Positions 36,411 to 46,267 of a DNA stretch of 64,000 nucleotides are shown piece by piece. Each line of letters starts with the position of its first letter. Positions within the stretch are counted from its first letter, which is position 1. Origin of the DNA: Candidatus Omnitrophota bacterium (GTDB lineage: Bacteria > Omnitrophota > Gorgyraeia > Tantalellales > Tantalellaceae); the NCBI GenBank assembly GCA_015231405.1, contig JADGBR010000002.1, positions 4,642-68,641 on the forward strand, in the 5' to 3' direction. The notes beneath the pieces are model-generated. The model searched no databases. It saw only the letters and a list, made by a program, of their open reading frames with translations, and had not been told where the DNA came from. A program made the position numbers and the translations under genes.

Positions 36411-37049
36411 TCATAATTTTAAGAATTCTTCCAGTATTTTCAACCCTTCCATCCCGCTTTTTTCCGGATGGAACTGGAAACCGTAAATATTGCCTTTCAT
36501 GACTCCCGAACAGAAAATATTTTCCCCGAATAAAGTCCCCGCTATCCAGCTCTCATCTTCTTCCGGACAAGCGGCATAAGAATGGACAAAATACATGTCT
36601 TTACCTTTTCTCACTTTCTTAAGTATCGATCCATCCCACACCTCTTCTCCTTTATCTCCATAAGGAACGATACTTCCCCATCCTATATGGGGTATCTTTA
36701 CGCCTGGCTGTTCCGGCAATCTTTTAACCCCTCCGGGTATGATCCCAAGGCCCTCATGCCTGCCGAACTCCTCGCTGAAAGAAAATAAAAGCTGCATCCC
36801 GAGACATATCCCCATTAACGGTTTTCCACTCGCCGCGACGTCCCTTATCGGCCCCGACATTCCCCGCTCGTTCAGCCTTCTCATCCCCTCGCCAAAAGCC
36901 CCAACGCCCGGCAGGACTATATGATCCGCGTCCTCCAGTCCCTCCGGGGTATTTACGGTCTTTACGTCACAGCCGAAACTTTCAAAAGCCCTGGCCACGC
37001 TGAAGATGTTACCCAGGTAATAATCTATTATCCTCACCTTTTTCATCAA
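36411..37049 (-). CDS. Imidazole-glycerol-phosphate-synthase HisH-like glutaminase subunit (WbuY/PseA-partner type)
   Basis: GICLGMQLL and FQFHPEKS class-I GATase motifs. 212 aa. Confidence 0.85.
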   Translation of the reverse strand: MMKKVRIIDYYLGNIFSVARAFESFGCDVKTVNTPEGLEDADHIVLPGVGAFGEGMRRLNERGMSGPIRDVAASGKPLMGICLGMQLLFSFSEEFGRHEGLGIIPGGVKRLPEQPGVKIPHIGWGSIVPYGDKGEEVWDGSILKKVRKGKDMYFVHSYAACPEEDESWIAGTLFGENIFCSGVMKGNIYGFQFHPEKSGMEGLKILEEFLKL

Positions 37050-37807
37050 TGCTCAACCACCGGGACGCCTTTTGCCTTAAGAACGTTCTTGATATCCCCT
37101 ACTCTGTACCGTTTGTAATGGATCATGGAAGCCACGGTCACCGCGTCAACACCGGTCTCGAGGACAAGATCGGATATATCTTCCGGGGTCTTGGCCCCTC
37201 CGCCGGCGATAACCGGAATATTTACCGCTTGCACGACAGCCTTGACCAGCTCCGTCTCGAACCCCATCGCCGTGCCGTCGCGGTCGACGGACGTGACCAG
37301 TATCTCACCCGCGCCCAGCGAGGCGGCCCTCTTAGCCCAACCGATAGCGTCGATCCCGGTTGTTTCCCTGCCGTTGTCTATGTAGATCTCCCAGCTTTCC
37401 GGCCCTTTCTTCTTTACCTGAAGCGACGCGACCACTGCCTGCGACCCCAGGGCTTCGGCTATTTCAGTTATCAGCTCCGGCCTTTTTACGGCCGCGGTAT
37501 TCACTGCGACCTTATCGGCTCCGCTTTGTAAAAGGGCCCTGGCGTCCTCCACGCTCCTTATTCCACCGCCTACGGTCATAGGTATAAAAATATGTCCGGC
37601 CGCTTCCCTCACGACCTGTGCGATATTGTCCCTACCGTACAAACTGGCGACAGTATCGATATATAAAAGCTCATCAGCGCCCTGCTCGTAATATCTCATG
37701 GCCAACTCGTCCGGCCGTCCCATGATCCTTAATCCGTCAAACCTTATCCCTTTGATGACATTCGGACCTTTTATATCCAATCTGGCTATGATCCTTATTT
37801 TACTCAT
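37046..37807 (-). CDS. HisF-like cyclase subunit (WbuZ type)
   Basis: IIARLDIKG...GADELLYIDT...MTVGGGIRS TIM-barrel HisF motifs. 253 aa. Confidence 0.85.
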   Translation of the reverse strand: MSKIRIIARLDIKGPNVIKGIRFDGLRIMGRPDELAMRYYEQGADELLYIDTVASLYGRDNIAQVVREAAGHIFIPMTVGGGIRSVEDARALLQSGADKVAVNTAAVKRPELITEIAEALGSQAVVASLQVKKKGPESWEIYIDNGRETTGIDAIGWAKRAASLGAGEILVTSVDRDGTAMGFETELVKAVVQAVNIPVIAGGGAKTPEDISDLVLETGVDAVTVASMIHYKRYRVGDIKNVLKAKGVPVVEH

Positions 37808-37820
37808 TTTCCGGACCTTT

Positions 37821-39581
37821 TCATTTTATAACTTTCCCGTCAAGAAAGAACGAAAGGTTCACCAGCTGCCATATATAAAAAGAATTGTCCTCCCGGGCGC
37901 GCGAGTAAAATTCGTCGCACCGTTGAAAATAGCGGTCCGGAAGGACCTTCTTTTCCTTAAGGAGCGCGACCCTGTCGAATACCCACTTTTTAAGTTTACC
38001 CCTGAACCACAGGGTCTGAGGCGTTACTACGGAACGTTTCGGGACGGAATATACGTCCTTGAGGTATCTTTTAATTATCATCCGGAGCGGGTATTTATTG
38101 AGCCCCAGCTTGAACTTCTCTTCATGCCCGAGCGCGAGCCCGTAGGAAAGCACGTTGTGGTCGAGTAGCGGGAACCTTATTTCCCGGCCGCATGCCATGG
38201 ACGCCCTGTCGTGGAACCTCAGCGTCCGGGGTATCTTGTTCACCATTATGTCGTGGACCTGTATGGTCCGTAACCAGTCCATGAACATCACCGCCGGTTC
38301 GCCGCTCCTTTCCCTGAAATCCGTTAGGTCCATATGCGCGGTGAACCCCGAAGCTATGAGCCGAGTCGCTATATCCTTCACTTTTACAATATCCGTATTA
38401 TTCGCTTTTAAAAGGGCGTCCAGAAGCTCTTTGTTCTCCCCCGACAGGACAAGATCATACATCGCCATATACGCGTGATATAGGTACCCCCCGAAAGTCT
38501 CGTCGCCTCCCTGTCCCTCGATCGAAACTATAAAGCCCGATTCTCTCTCTTGCCTGTTAAGTTTAAGATACGCTATCACCGGTACCCCCGCGTAAGGCTC
38601 GTCCTCATAATACGCGAGTTCGCCCGCGAGAGCGGGCACCTCTTCGGGGCTTAGGATAACACGCCTTGTTTCAACACCTATGCTATCGCAGTATTTCGCA
38701 GCCAGGGATGACTCGTCGACCTCTTCCTCGGAGAACGCCATGGTATAAGCTACTATGGGGTAATCCCATCCCCATACCTCTTTAGTCTTTAGTAGCAGCG
38801 CCGTACTGTCCGTCCCGCCGCTGTAATGGAGGGAAATTGGGACGTCGCTCCTGAGCCTTAACCGGATAGAGTCTGACAGGAGCTCCTCATATCTCTCAGG
38901 GTAAAGAGAGGTACCCGACAACTTCCTGGTTTCTTCGCATATATCGAAGTATCTAGACTCCGTTATGTCCCCGTCTGAGAAGCGGACCATAGTAGAAGCC
39001 TGTACCTGCCTGATATTATCGAAAAACGTCTCTCTCCCCGAGGGGTAGATACCAAGGTCCAGATAATCCGTGACCTTTTCGCTCTTTACAGACAGGCCGG
39101 CTATCCCTTTAAAACTTTTGATTTCGGAAGAAAAGAAAAATGAACCTCCGTCGTGGAAATAATAGAGCGGTTTAACGCCGAACCTGTCCCTTACAAGGGT
39201 CAGCGTCTTATAACGGATATCGTACATAGCGATGGCGAACATGCCGTTAAGCATCTCCAGCCTCTCAAGGCCATATCTGGAGAGGAATTCCGCCAGGACC
39301 CGGGTATCGCCGTGCGCGGACAGCTCCGGATCACCCATATATTCCGCTATTTCCTTGTAGTTGTAGATCTCGCCGTTATAAGCCAAAATGATCCTATTAT
39401 CAAGTGATACCATGGGCTGATGAGCGAACTTCTCCTCGCCGAGTATGGCCAGCCTAAAGTGTTTGATATATATGTTACCGGAGGAATATTCCCCTTCCGA
39501 ATCCGGCCCCCTGTGCGAGAGCCCGCCAGGCCACTTCACCTCACGGGGATCCCTTCCTATAACACCGTAAAATCCGCACAT
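37821..39581 (-). CDS. Asparagine synthase (glutamine-hydrolysing) family amidotransferase
   Basis: N-terminal MCGF Ntn nucleophile. SGGTDS PP-loop at about residue 240. 586 aa. Confidence 0.85.
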   Translation of the reverse strand: MCGFYGVIGRDPREVKWPGGLSHRGPDSEGEYSSGNIYIKHFRLAILGEEKFAHQPMVSLDNRIILAYNGEIYNYKEIAEYMGDPELSAHGDTRVLAEFLSRYGLERLEMLNGMFAIAMYDIRYKTLTLVRDRFGVKPLYYFHDGGSFFFSSEIKSFKGIAGLSVKSEKVTDYLDLGIYPSGRETFFDNIRQVQASTMVRFSDGDITESRYFDICEETRKLSGTSLYPERYEELLSDSIRLRLRSDVPISLHYSGGTDSTALLLKTKEVWGWDYPIVAYTMAFSEEEVDESSLAAKYCDSIGVETRRVILSPEEVPALAGELAYYEDEPYAGVPVIAYLKLNRQERESGFIVSIEGQGGDETFGGYLYHAYMAMYDLVLSGENKELLDALLKANNTDIVKVKDIATRLIASGFTAHMDLTDFRERSGEPAVMFMDWLRTIQVHDIMVNKIPRTLRFHDRASMACGREIRFPLLDHNVLSYGLALGHEEKFKLGLNKYPLRMIIKRYLKDVYSVPKRSVVTPQTLWFRGKLKKWVFDRVALLKEKKVLPDRYFQRCDEFYSRAREDNSFYIWQLVNLSFFLDGKVIK

Positions 39582-39586
39582 ATGTC

Positions 39587-41440
39587 CTATTTTCCTTTAA
39601 AAATATCGTACCATCGCAGGAACACGAATACCCTGAACCAGGACTCTGCCCTTTCGGCGTTCCGGCCGGCCAGGTCGCTCCTAAAAAGCTCACGGGCTCC
39701 TTTCACTAAAAAACCCGGCCCGACCGGCGAGGTAGGATCAAGAATATCCAGAAGCTCGTCTTTCAATACCGTGTACATGAAATGGGAGTTGTTCCCGGGC
39801 CTCGGACTTTTGCTTTTCCTTCCGGTAACGCCCTCAGGCAGATGCCCTGTCATGGCTCTTCTTAGCATTGATTTATTCATCCCGCCGGCCATGAACTCCG
39901 AGTAATCGTATTTGAATACCTCTTCGAGAAGTATATGGTCGAGCATAGGGACCCTCGCCTCTATACCGAAAGCCATAGAGTTCCTGTCTTCCATCCGTAA
40001 CACATACGGGAGGTCCCTGACGAAGAGGTGCTGCCTGAGGTGCTCAACGAAACAATTGCCGCTGTCGCCGGTCCCGGGATAATGGGATATCTTTGCGACT
40101 AGAGAATGCTCAGCCTTGAAATCGGCGTCAAGGATATCATAGGCGGTGGTATTTTCCTGCGCCGTCTGTTTGCTTCTTATCGCCCCTTTGTACTTCAGCA
40201 GATTATCTTCGATAATGTCACGTGGTATACCCATGAACGACACGGCCCCACTCAAAGCAGCGTCGTACTCCGATCTCCGGCCATCCTTCAAAAGGCTGTA
40301 CAAAAAAGGATACAATAACCTCCTGTAGCCTCCAAATACTTCGTCCCCTCCTTCTCCCACTAGTAGGACCTTTATCCCCTTTTCCGACACTTTTTTCCTG
40401 AGCAGATACTGATAGATACAGCTGGAGGACTGGAATGGCTCATCGTGCGTACTAAGCACGTCGCCGAAAACTCCGGAAAGACATTTCAGATCCATATCGA
40501 GATAGCTATGGGTTATCCCCGTATATCGCGCGGTCTCATCGATCCAGAACGACTCATCGATCGTCTCGGGAGGGATCACGCTGAAAGCCCTTATTTGTTC
40601 CGGACTCGCGGCCGATTTCGCGGCTAAAGCTACTATCGAGCTTGAATCCATTCCCCCGCTCAAGGTAGCGGCCAGAGGCACATCCGACCTGAGATGGAGC
40701 GAAACCGCACGCGAAAATATATCAAGAAAACCTTCTCGCTCGAACTTCCTCGCCCCCTCATATTTTAAGGACCAATATTTGACCACGGACCTGGCGTCGA
40801 CGTTTATCTTGACATAGGAAGCGGGTGGCACCTGGACAATATCTTTGAAGAACGTGCGACTGGTATCATCCGCCCACCCTTTGGCTAAATACCGGAAGAC
40901 GGTCTCCTCATCTATCCCCGGGCCGTCTCCCAGATATTCCAGCAGGCATTTAATTTCGGACGCGAAGAGCGTCGTCCCGCCGCCGGAATACAAAAAGAGC
41001 GGTTTTATCCCGACCCTGTCCCGAAAAAGATGCAGTTCTTTTGACGCCCGGTCCCATACCGCGAAAGCGAACATGCCCCTTAATCCCAGAACACCTTCCG
41101 GCCCGTATTCCTGGAAATGTCTCAAAAGAACTTCCGTGTCGGAAGAAGTCCTGAACACGTGGCCCGAAAGAGCCAATCTTTCCCTGAGTTCCGGATGGTT
41201 GTATATCTCGCCGTTGAACACCAGAACATATCTTCCGTCGTCCGAAAGCATTGGCTGATGGCCGTTATAGCTGGTATCGATTATGCTGAGCCTGCGAAAA
41301 TACACAGAGTAGAAACTGTCCGACCAGCATCCCTCGTCGTCAGGACCGCGGTGAATTATTTTTCGACCCGATCTCACGACATCAACCTTTCGGGCTTCCA
41401 TGCCGCCGTCGCGACACATTACGCCGAAAAAACCGCACAT
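39587..41440 (-). CDS. Asparagine synthase (glutamine-hydrolysing) family amidotransferase, second paralog
   Basis: N-terminal MCGFFG and SGGMDSS PP-loop. 617 aa. Confidence 0.85.
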   Translation of the reverse strand: MCGFFGVMCRDGGMEARKVDVVRSGRKIIHRGPDDEGCWSDSFYSVYFRRLSIIDTSYNGHQPMLSDDGRYVLVFNGEIYNHPELRERLALSGHVFRTSSDTEVLLRHFQEYGPEGVLGLRGMFAFAVWDRASKELHLFRDRVGIKPLFLYSGGGTTLFASEIKCLLEYLGDGPGIDEETVFRYLAKGWADDTSRTFFKDIVQVPPASYVKINVDARSVVKYWSLKYEGARKFEREGFLDIFSRAVSLHLRSDVPLAATLSGGMDSSSIVALAAKSAASPEQIRAFSVIPPETIDESFWIDETARYTGITHSYLDMDLKCLSGVFGDVLSTHDEPFQSSSCIYQYLLRKKVSEKGIKVLLVGEGGDEVFGGYRRLLYPFLYSLLKDGRRSEYDAALSGAVSFMGIPRDIIEDNLLKYKGAIRSKQTAQENTTAYDILDADFKAEHSLVAKISHYPGTGDSGNCFVEHLRQHLFVRDLPYVLRMEDRNSMAFGIEARVPMLDHILLEEVFKYDYSEFMAGGMNKSMLRRAMTGHLPEGVTGRKSKSPRPGNNSHFMYTVLKDELLDILDPTSPVGPGFLVKGARELFRSDLAGRNAERAESWFRVFVFLRWYDIFKGK

Positions 41441-42370
41441 TTATTTGGCCCCATGGACCCTGTCCAATTCGTCGTATTTTGCGATAATAACCTGGGGGTC
41501 CTCGCGTTTACCGGACTCTATAATGTCAAGAAATTCACTCCCGGAAGGGATATCCGAGACTTTCCCGATGGAGTATATGCCGCCGGGCCTGGTCGGTCCA
41601 CAAATAGGCTCATCGGTAGTCATAAAAGGCTTCCAACCGTGTTTCATCATGATAAGCTCTATTGAATTAAAGGTGAAATACCTGTGGTGGTTATGGTTAA
41701 AATACACCCGTGAAGCGCTCTGGGGATGACCCCTGCCTTCCAGCAAAAGAAGCCCCTCTCCGGATGAGGCCTTCCGGCATAGTCGAAGCGTCAAGTTGGG
41801 GTCAAAAACATGCTCCAACGACCCGAGTATCATTATAAAATCGTACCTGCCTTCGGAGAGGACCATCTCCTCCGCCCCGACCGCTTCTACCGGCAGACCC
41901 ATTTTTTCCCTTCCGTACCTGACAAAACCGATATCGGGATCCGTACCGTATGCGTCCCATCCGCGTTCAATAAAAGGAATAAGCATCGTCCCTACCGAGC
42001 ACCCCACATCCAGCACCGCCCCGCGCTCGGGAAAATACCTCTCGAGCCTTTTAAAGAGAAGCCGGCCTCTTTCCTTCTGGTCCTCTATAAAGGCCTGGTC
42101 CGGATCGGGGGCTCCTTTCACGACGTTCCGGTAGAACAGAGAGTAATAATCGTCATAGAATTTTTTATTGAACCGCGGACCTTGAAAAAGGTATCCGCAT
42201 CTTTTGCAGCTTACTACCGGCAGTTTACCGAAAGCGTCCTTTCCTATCGATATGATCTCGCGTACCGTAACGAGATCCTTCGATCCGCAGATCTCGCAGG
42301 GAATATTCTCGGCCGTGTATTTCCCCTTCATGCCGAGATGCTCCAGATATTCCGAGAGATATTTCTCCAT
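41441..42370 (-). CDS. SAM-dependent methyltransferase with N-terminal Cys4 zinc ribbon (sugar C- or O-methyltransferase type)
   Basis: CEICGS...CKRCG zinc ribbon followed by VLDVGCSVGTML motif I. Confidence 0.7.
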   Translation of the reverse strand: MEKYLSEYLEHLGMKGKYTAENIPCEICGSKDLVTVREIISIGKDAFGKLPVVSCKRCGYLFQGPRFNKKFYDDYYSLFYRNVVKGAPDPDQAFIEDQKERGRLLFKRLERYFPERGAVLDVGCSVGTMLIPFIERGWDAYGTDPDIGFVRYGREKMGLPVEAVGAEEMVLSEGRYDFIMILGSLEHVFDPNLTLRLCRKASSGEGLLLLEGRGHPQSASRVYFNHNHHRYFTFNSIELIMMKHGWKPFMTTDEPICGPTRPGGIYSIGKVSDIPSGSEFLDIIESGKREDPQVIIAKYDELDRVHGAK

Positions 42371-42379
42371 AACACCCCT

Positions 42380-43108
42380 TTATTTAACGCACAAAAAACC
42401 CTCAAAACTGACATATTTGAACACGGTCATTACGTCGACGAAACCCGCTCTTTTATAGAGATCTAGGTTCCCCTGCGTCGAGAACGGCTCGAGGACCCCC
42501 TTAAGGCTCCTGGATTTGGCTATTATCTCTTCGGGCGAATATTTCTGCTCGAGCTTGAAATCGGTGTAAATGGCGGTCATCATATCCTGGAACCTGGCGT
42601 CCGGGGCCCGGACCTTTTCGAATATAAGAAAAGCGCCTCCCCAGTTAAGCGCTTTATAAATTTTGTCGATCAGGGCCTGGCGCAGCCTGGGAGGTATGAA
42701 CTGTATAGTGTAATAGGATATGATAAGGTCCGCCGGCTGAAATTCGTAAAGGTTCACATCCTCTACAGCCAGCTCGACGTTCTTCATCTTGTTCCCGTTC
42801 GCTCTCATTTCCTCTTTCGCCCGGGAGACCATTTCCCCTTCAGAGTCCAGCCCCACCCATTTGACCGAGGGTTTATGCCTCCTGGAAAGTTTATCTATCA
42901 GGGTTCCAGTGGATACTCCGAGCTCATAGCACACTGATCCGGGCTTGACAAAAAAATCGCTTATTTTGGCCACAAGATCATGTCCCTCGTCGTAAAAAGG
43001 AACCGACCTCCTGACGTGGCCGCTGAACGTTTTTGCCGTATCGCTCCCGAAAGTCCATGAAGCGTTATCGGCTATTATCCCTTCCCCCACGTCCATTTTC
43101 TTTTTCAT
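42380..43108 (-). CDS. CmoA-like SAM-dependent methyltransferase / carboxy-SAM synthase family
   Basis: SWTFGSDTAKTFSGHVRRSVPFYDE and ISYYTIQFIPP align with E. coli CmoA ([33 protein letters not shown]). The start is chosen at the internal Met. Confidence 0.6.
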   Translation of the reverse strand: MKKKMDVGEGIIADNASWTFGSDTAKTFSGHVRRSVPFYDEGHDLVAKISDFFVKPGSVCYELGVSTGTLIDKLSRRHKPSVKWVGLDSEGEMVSRAKEEMRANGNKMKNVELAVEDVNLYEFQPADLIISYYTIQFIPPRLRQALIDKIYKALNWGGAFLIFEKVRAPDARFQDMMTAIYTDFKLEQKYSPEEIIAKSRSLKGVLEPFSTQGNLDLYKRAGFVDVMTVFKYVSFEGFLCVK

Positions 43109-43122
43109 ATTCTCACCCCTCT

Positions 43123-44358
43123 TTAATAGAACACCGCGTGCCTGAGCTTCCACGTCCCCCGGTCCTCAACCCAGAGGTGCGGGGACCGCGCGGAATCTAT
43201 ACGTTCCAGGAACATCTCCTCGCTTATGCCCATGTAATGCAGGAATTCCCCATAGAATTTTGAAGGGAATTCGTGATCGTATTTTCTCACAAGAGCCACG
43301 CCTTCTTCCCTGTTTATCTTGTGGTTCCGTATTTCCTGGGCGGCGTCCATTGTGGCCCTACCCAGTCCGAACTTAATATAGCTTGTGTAATAATGGAACG
43401 GATCGGTCTTGTCGTCTATACTCGCGTATTTGGAATACGTCCCCTCCGTTCTTTCGACGTTCCCCTCGAAACCCGTATTCTCGACGGCATAATAATACGC
43501 CTCCTGCGGGTCCCACTTGATGTAATAACCCAGGAACTTGTATTCCATGGGAAATGAGCCCAGCTCCTTATCCGTTAGAGGCATATACATAGCCAGGTCG
43601 TTCATGTCAAGGCCGTGCTCCTTTACTAGATCTTTTACGCTGACACCGCCTAAATAAATGGAAGCCGGATCGGAACTTTCAGAACAAAAATATTTTTTCC
43701 TGAACCCGCTTTCCTCGGTCTCCTTGAGGCTCGAGCATCCATACTCAAAAGGGCTCTCCCCGTGAAAAATAAGAGGTATATTGAACTTCATAGCTATCCG
43801 AAGGCCGGCGAACCTCTGCCCGAAAACAAAAGGCTGGAACGGATGGAGCAGATTAACAAAGGCCAGCTTCGTGAGAAGACTATGGACCTTTCCGTTAGGC
43901 GTTATGAGTATATTGTCGAACCCGGAATGTATCCAGCTCTGGAAATTCTTCCACCCGATATCGCTGTAGATATGGGGAGCCCAGGTGACCGTAAGAGGAT
44001 GCATTCCGTATTTGTTCTTGAGTATATGGGAAGCGAACCCGCTGTCCTTGCCGCCGCTTCCGGGCACTACGCAATCGTATCTCCCGTCACCGGACCTGTA
44101 CCTGTCGAGAAGATCGATAAGCCCTTTCTCGCGTTTTCCCCAATCTATCGAGCTGTCTTTCATCTCCGCGTACCGGCACGCGGAACAGACCCCTTCCTCG
44201 TCAAAGAAAGTCGTTTCCTGTGGCGTGTTCGGAGTATATTTTATCTCGGGTTTAGGCTGCGGCCTCTGGTTTGACAGCACGCATTTTTTGCAGAATTTCA
44301 CCTCGGCCGGCAGGCCGTACTTGACCAATAATCCATCCTTCGTCATGGTATCGCTCAT
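43123..44358 (-). CDS. N-acetyl-sugar amidotransferase (WbpG/WbuX/PseA family, PP-loop ATPase)
   Basis: CVVPGSGGKDSGFASH (SGGxDS PP-loop). Family-typical length. Adjacent HisH/HisF genes. The start is taken at the Met that gives a 4-nt overlap with the upstream gene. Confidence 0.8.
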   Translation of the reverse strand: MSDTMTKDGLLVKYGLPAEVKFCKKCVLSNQRPQPKPEIKYTPNTPQETTFFDEEGVCSACRYAEMKDSSIDWGKREKGLIDLLDRYRSGDGRYDCVVPGSGGKDSGFASHILKNKYGMHPLTVTWAPHIYSDIGWKNFQSWIHSGFDNILITPNGKVHSLLTKLAFVNLLHPFQPFVFGQRFAGLRIAMKFNIPLIFHGESPFEYGCSSLKETEESGFRKKYFCSESSDPASIYLGGVSVKDLVKEHGLDMNDLAMYMPLTDKELGSFPMEYKFLGYYIKWDPQEAYYYAVENTGFEGNVERTEGTYSKYASIDDKTDPFHYYTSYIKFGLGRATMDAAQEIRNHKINREEGVALVRKYDHEFPSKFYGEFLHYMGISEEMFLERIDSARSPHLWVEDRGTWKLRHAVFY

Positions 44359-45086
44359 ATCGCCCTTTTTCCTTTTTTCCGTATCATGTATTCGGCCTTC
44401 CGCCAATCGTCCATATCGTCTATATTCACGGACCTCTCTTCGGGCATTATATACGCCAGGGTCCTTTTCCCGAATATCGAACCCGTCTTAACGAAAACTT
44501 CCGTCCGGAACGCGTAGACGGCGCCGTTCCTGACATATGTGATCCCAAGGTCCTGCCTTGCCTTGGCGACCTTATCCCACGGGATACCGGTAAAGGGAAC
44601 AATGGATCCGTCTTTATTGACTACCATCTGCCAGGCAGGATTGTATTGCCGCGGTATCGCGGCGACGCTCACGACTGAATCGACAGGAGAGCAAAGAAGC
44701 ATATCGACGCATTTATCTATATCACGGTTTGTTCTGAACGGCGCGGTAGGCTGAAGGATAACGGTTATACCCGGCCGGTATGACCCTCCATCTTCCAGGA
44801 ACTTAAGACAATGAGCTATATATTCCCTTGCGGGAGAGCGGTCACGCGCGAACCTTTTTGGCCTCATAAAAGGCACCTCGACACCAGAACGGCGTCCGAT
44901 ATCGGCTATCTCCATATCATCCGTGCTCAGTATGATCCTGTCCAGCCTGCCGCTTTTTTTAGCTTCGTTAAAAGTGTATCCGATAAGCGGCTTACCGCCC
45001 AAAAGCCGTATGTTCTTCTTCCTGATACCCTTCGACCCTCCCCGGGCCGGAACGATACCAAGCACTTTAACATCCTTTTTTGACAT
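44355..45086 (-). CDS. CMP-nonulosonic acid synthetase (acylneuraminate cytidylyltransferase family)
   Basis: LGIVPARGGSKGIRKKNIRLLGGKPLI is the NeuA/LegF/PseF N-terminal signature. Confidence 0.85.
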   Translation of the reverse strand: MSKKDVKVLGIVPARGGSKGIRKKNIRLLGGKPLIGYTFNEAKKSGRLDRIILSTDDMEIADIGRRSGVEVPFMRPKRFARDRSPAREYIAHCLKFLEDGGSYRPGITVILQPTAPFRTNRDIDKCVDMLLCSPVDSVVSVAAIPRQYNPAWQMVVNKDGSIVPFTGIPWDKVAKARQDLGITYVRNGAVYAFRTEVFVKTGSIFGKRTLAYIMPEERSVNIDDMDDWRKAEYMIRKKGKRAI

Positions 45087-45109
45087 CCCGCACCTTTATT
45101 CTGAATGGT

Positions 45110-46267
45110 TCAATACGTATATTTCTTTTTCAGGTAAAGATCCACTTTTTCAAGATGCCCGGCTATCCTTTTGCCAGCCTGGCCGTCACCGAATATAGTC
45201 TCGGACTCGTAAGGGCCGTGTTTTATCTGGGCTTTGACCTTTGCCCTTATTTCGTGGGCGTCATATCCGGATAAGACTACGTTACGGCCGTGCTCCCTTC
45301 CTTCCTGCCTGTCGCCGACGATCACCGCCGGAGTGCCGAGGAACGAGCCTTCCCTGATAAATGAGCTGCTGTTACCGACGAGACACTCCGCTCCGGCGAG
45401 AAGTTTAGCGTATATTTCAGGTGAAAAATTTATGTGATACGAAAAATCCCCGTTCCGGTGCCGCTCGTGGAACTCCCTGATCATTTTTGAGACGTCGTCG
45501 CTCCCGGCGTCCGCGTTCGGCCAGAGGAGGATCTTCTGCATAGGGATAGACTCAAGAGCCTTCAATGTTTCAGAAACCTGTTCAGCCCCGGCCCCGAATG
45601 ATGTGGTTACGGGATGCTGCACCATCATAATATATTTTTTACGCGGCAGAAAAGGCCTGCCGGTGCCTCTTTCCCTGAAATATTCGTTTGTAAGCGGGTC
45701 ACGGCCCATGTTAGCGAGGATATCTATCGAAGGACATCCCGTCATAAAGACCCTGGACGGGTCTTCGCCCATTTTCATTATCCGCTCGGCGCTTTGTTGA
45801 GTGGACGGAAAATGGTAATGGGCGAGTTTGGTGATAGCGTGCCTCACGGAATCATCTATATTTCCGGATACCTCCCCGCCCTGTACATGCGCGAGGGGAA
45901 TATTAAGATAGCTTGACGCTATCGCCGTTGCCATGGTCTCATACCTGTCGGCGACAGTCAGCACCACGTCCGGCGCCAGCTCCCCAAAGGCGGTCGAAAG
46001 CTCGATTATCCCCATCCCGGTGGACTTCGCCTGCGTCGTCAGGTTCTCTCCCTCGACAAGATAATGTATCCGCCAATCGGGCTTAAACCCGTCGGCCATC
46101 ATTACGTCCACGGCCCTTCCGAACTTGTATAAAAGCGCCGAAGCACCGACTATGAGTTGGAGTTCGAGCCTATCGCTCTCCTTCACGGCCTTAAGAAAAT
46201 ATTTTATCCTGGCGTAATTAGCCCTGGAGGCGACAACTACGCAGATCTTTCTTCGCTTATTTTTCAT
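45110..46267 (-). CDS. UDP-GlcNAc 2-epimerase (hydrolysing), NeuC/LegG family
   Basis: KICVVVASRANYARIK...ADRYETMATAIASSYLNIPLAHVQGGEVSGNIDDSVRHAITKLAHYHF matches the NeuC-type epimerase core. Confidence 0.85.
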   Translation of the reverse strand: MKNKRRKICVVVASRANYARIKYFLKAVKESDRLELQLIVGASALLYKFGRAVDVMMADGFKPDWRIHYLVEGENLTTQAKSTGMGIIELSTAFGELAPDVVLTVADRYETMATAIASSYLNIPLAHVQGGEVSGNIDDSVRHAITKLAHYHFPSTQQSAERIMKMGEDPSRVFMTGCPSIDILANMGRDPLTNEYFRERGTGRPFLPRKKYIMMVQHPVTTSFGAGAEQVSETLKALESIPMQKILLWPNADAGSDDVSKMIREFHERHRNGDFSYHINFSPEIYAKLLAGAECLVGNSSSFIREGSFLGTPAVIVGDRQEGREHGRNVVLSGYDAHEIRAKVKAQIKHGPYESETIFGDGQAGKRIAGHLEKVDLYLKKKYTY

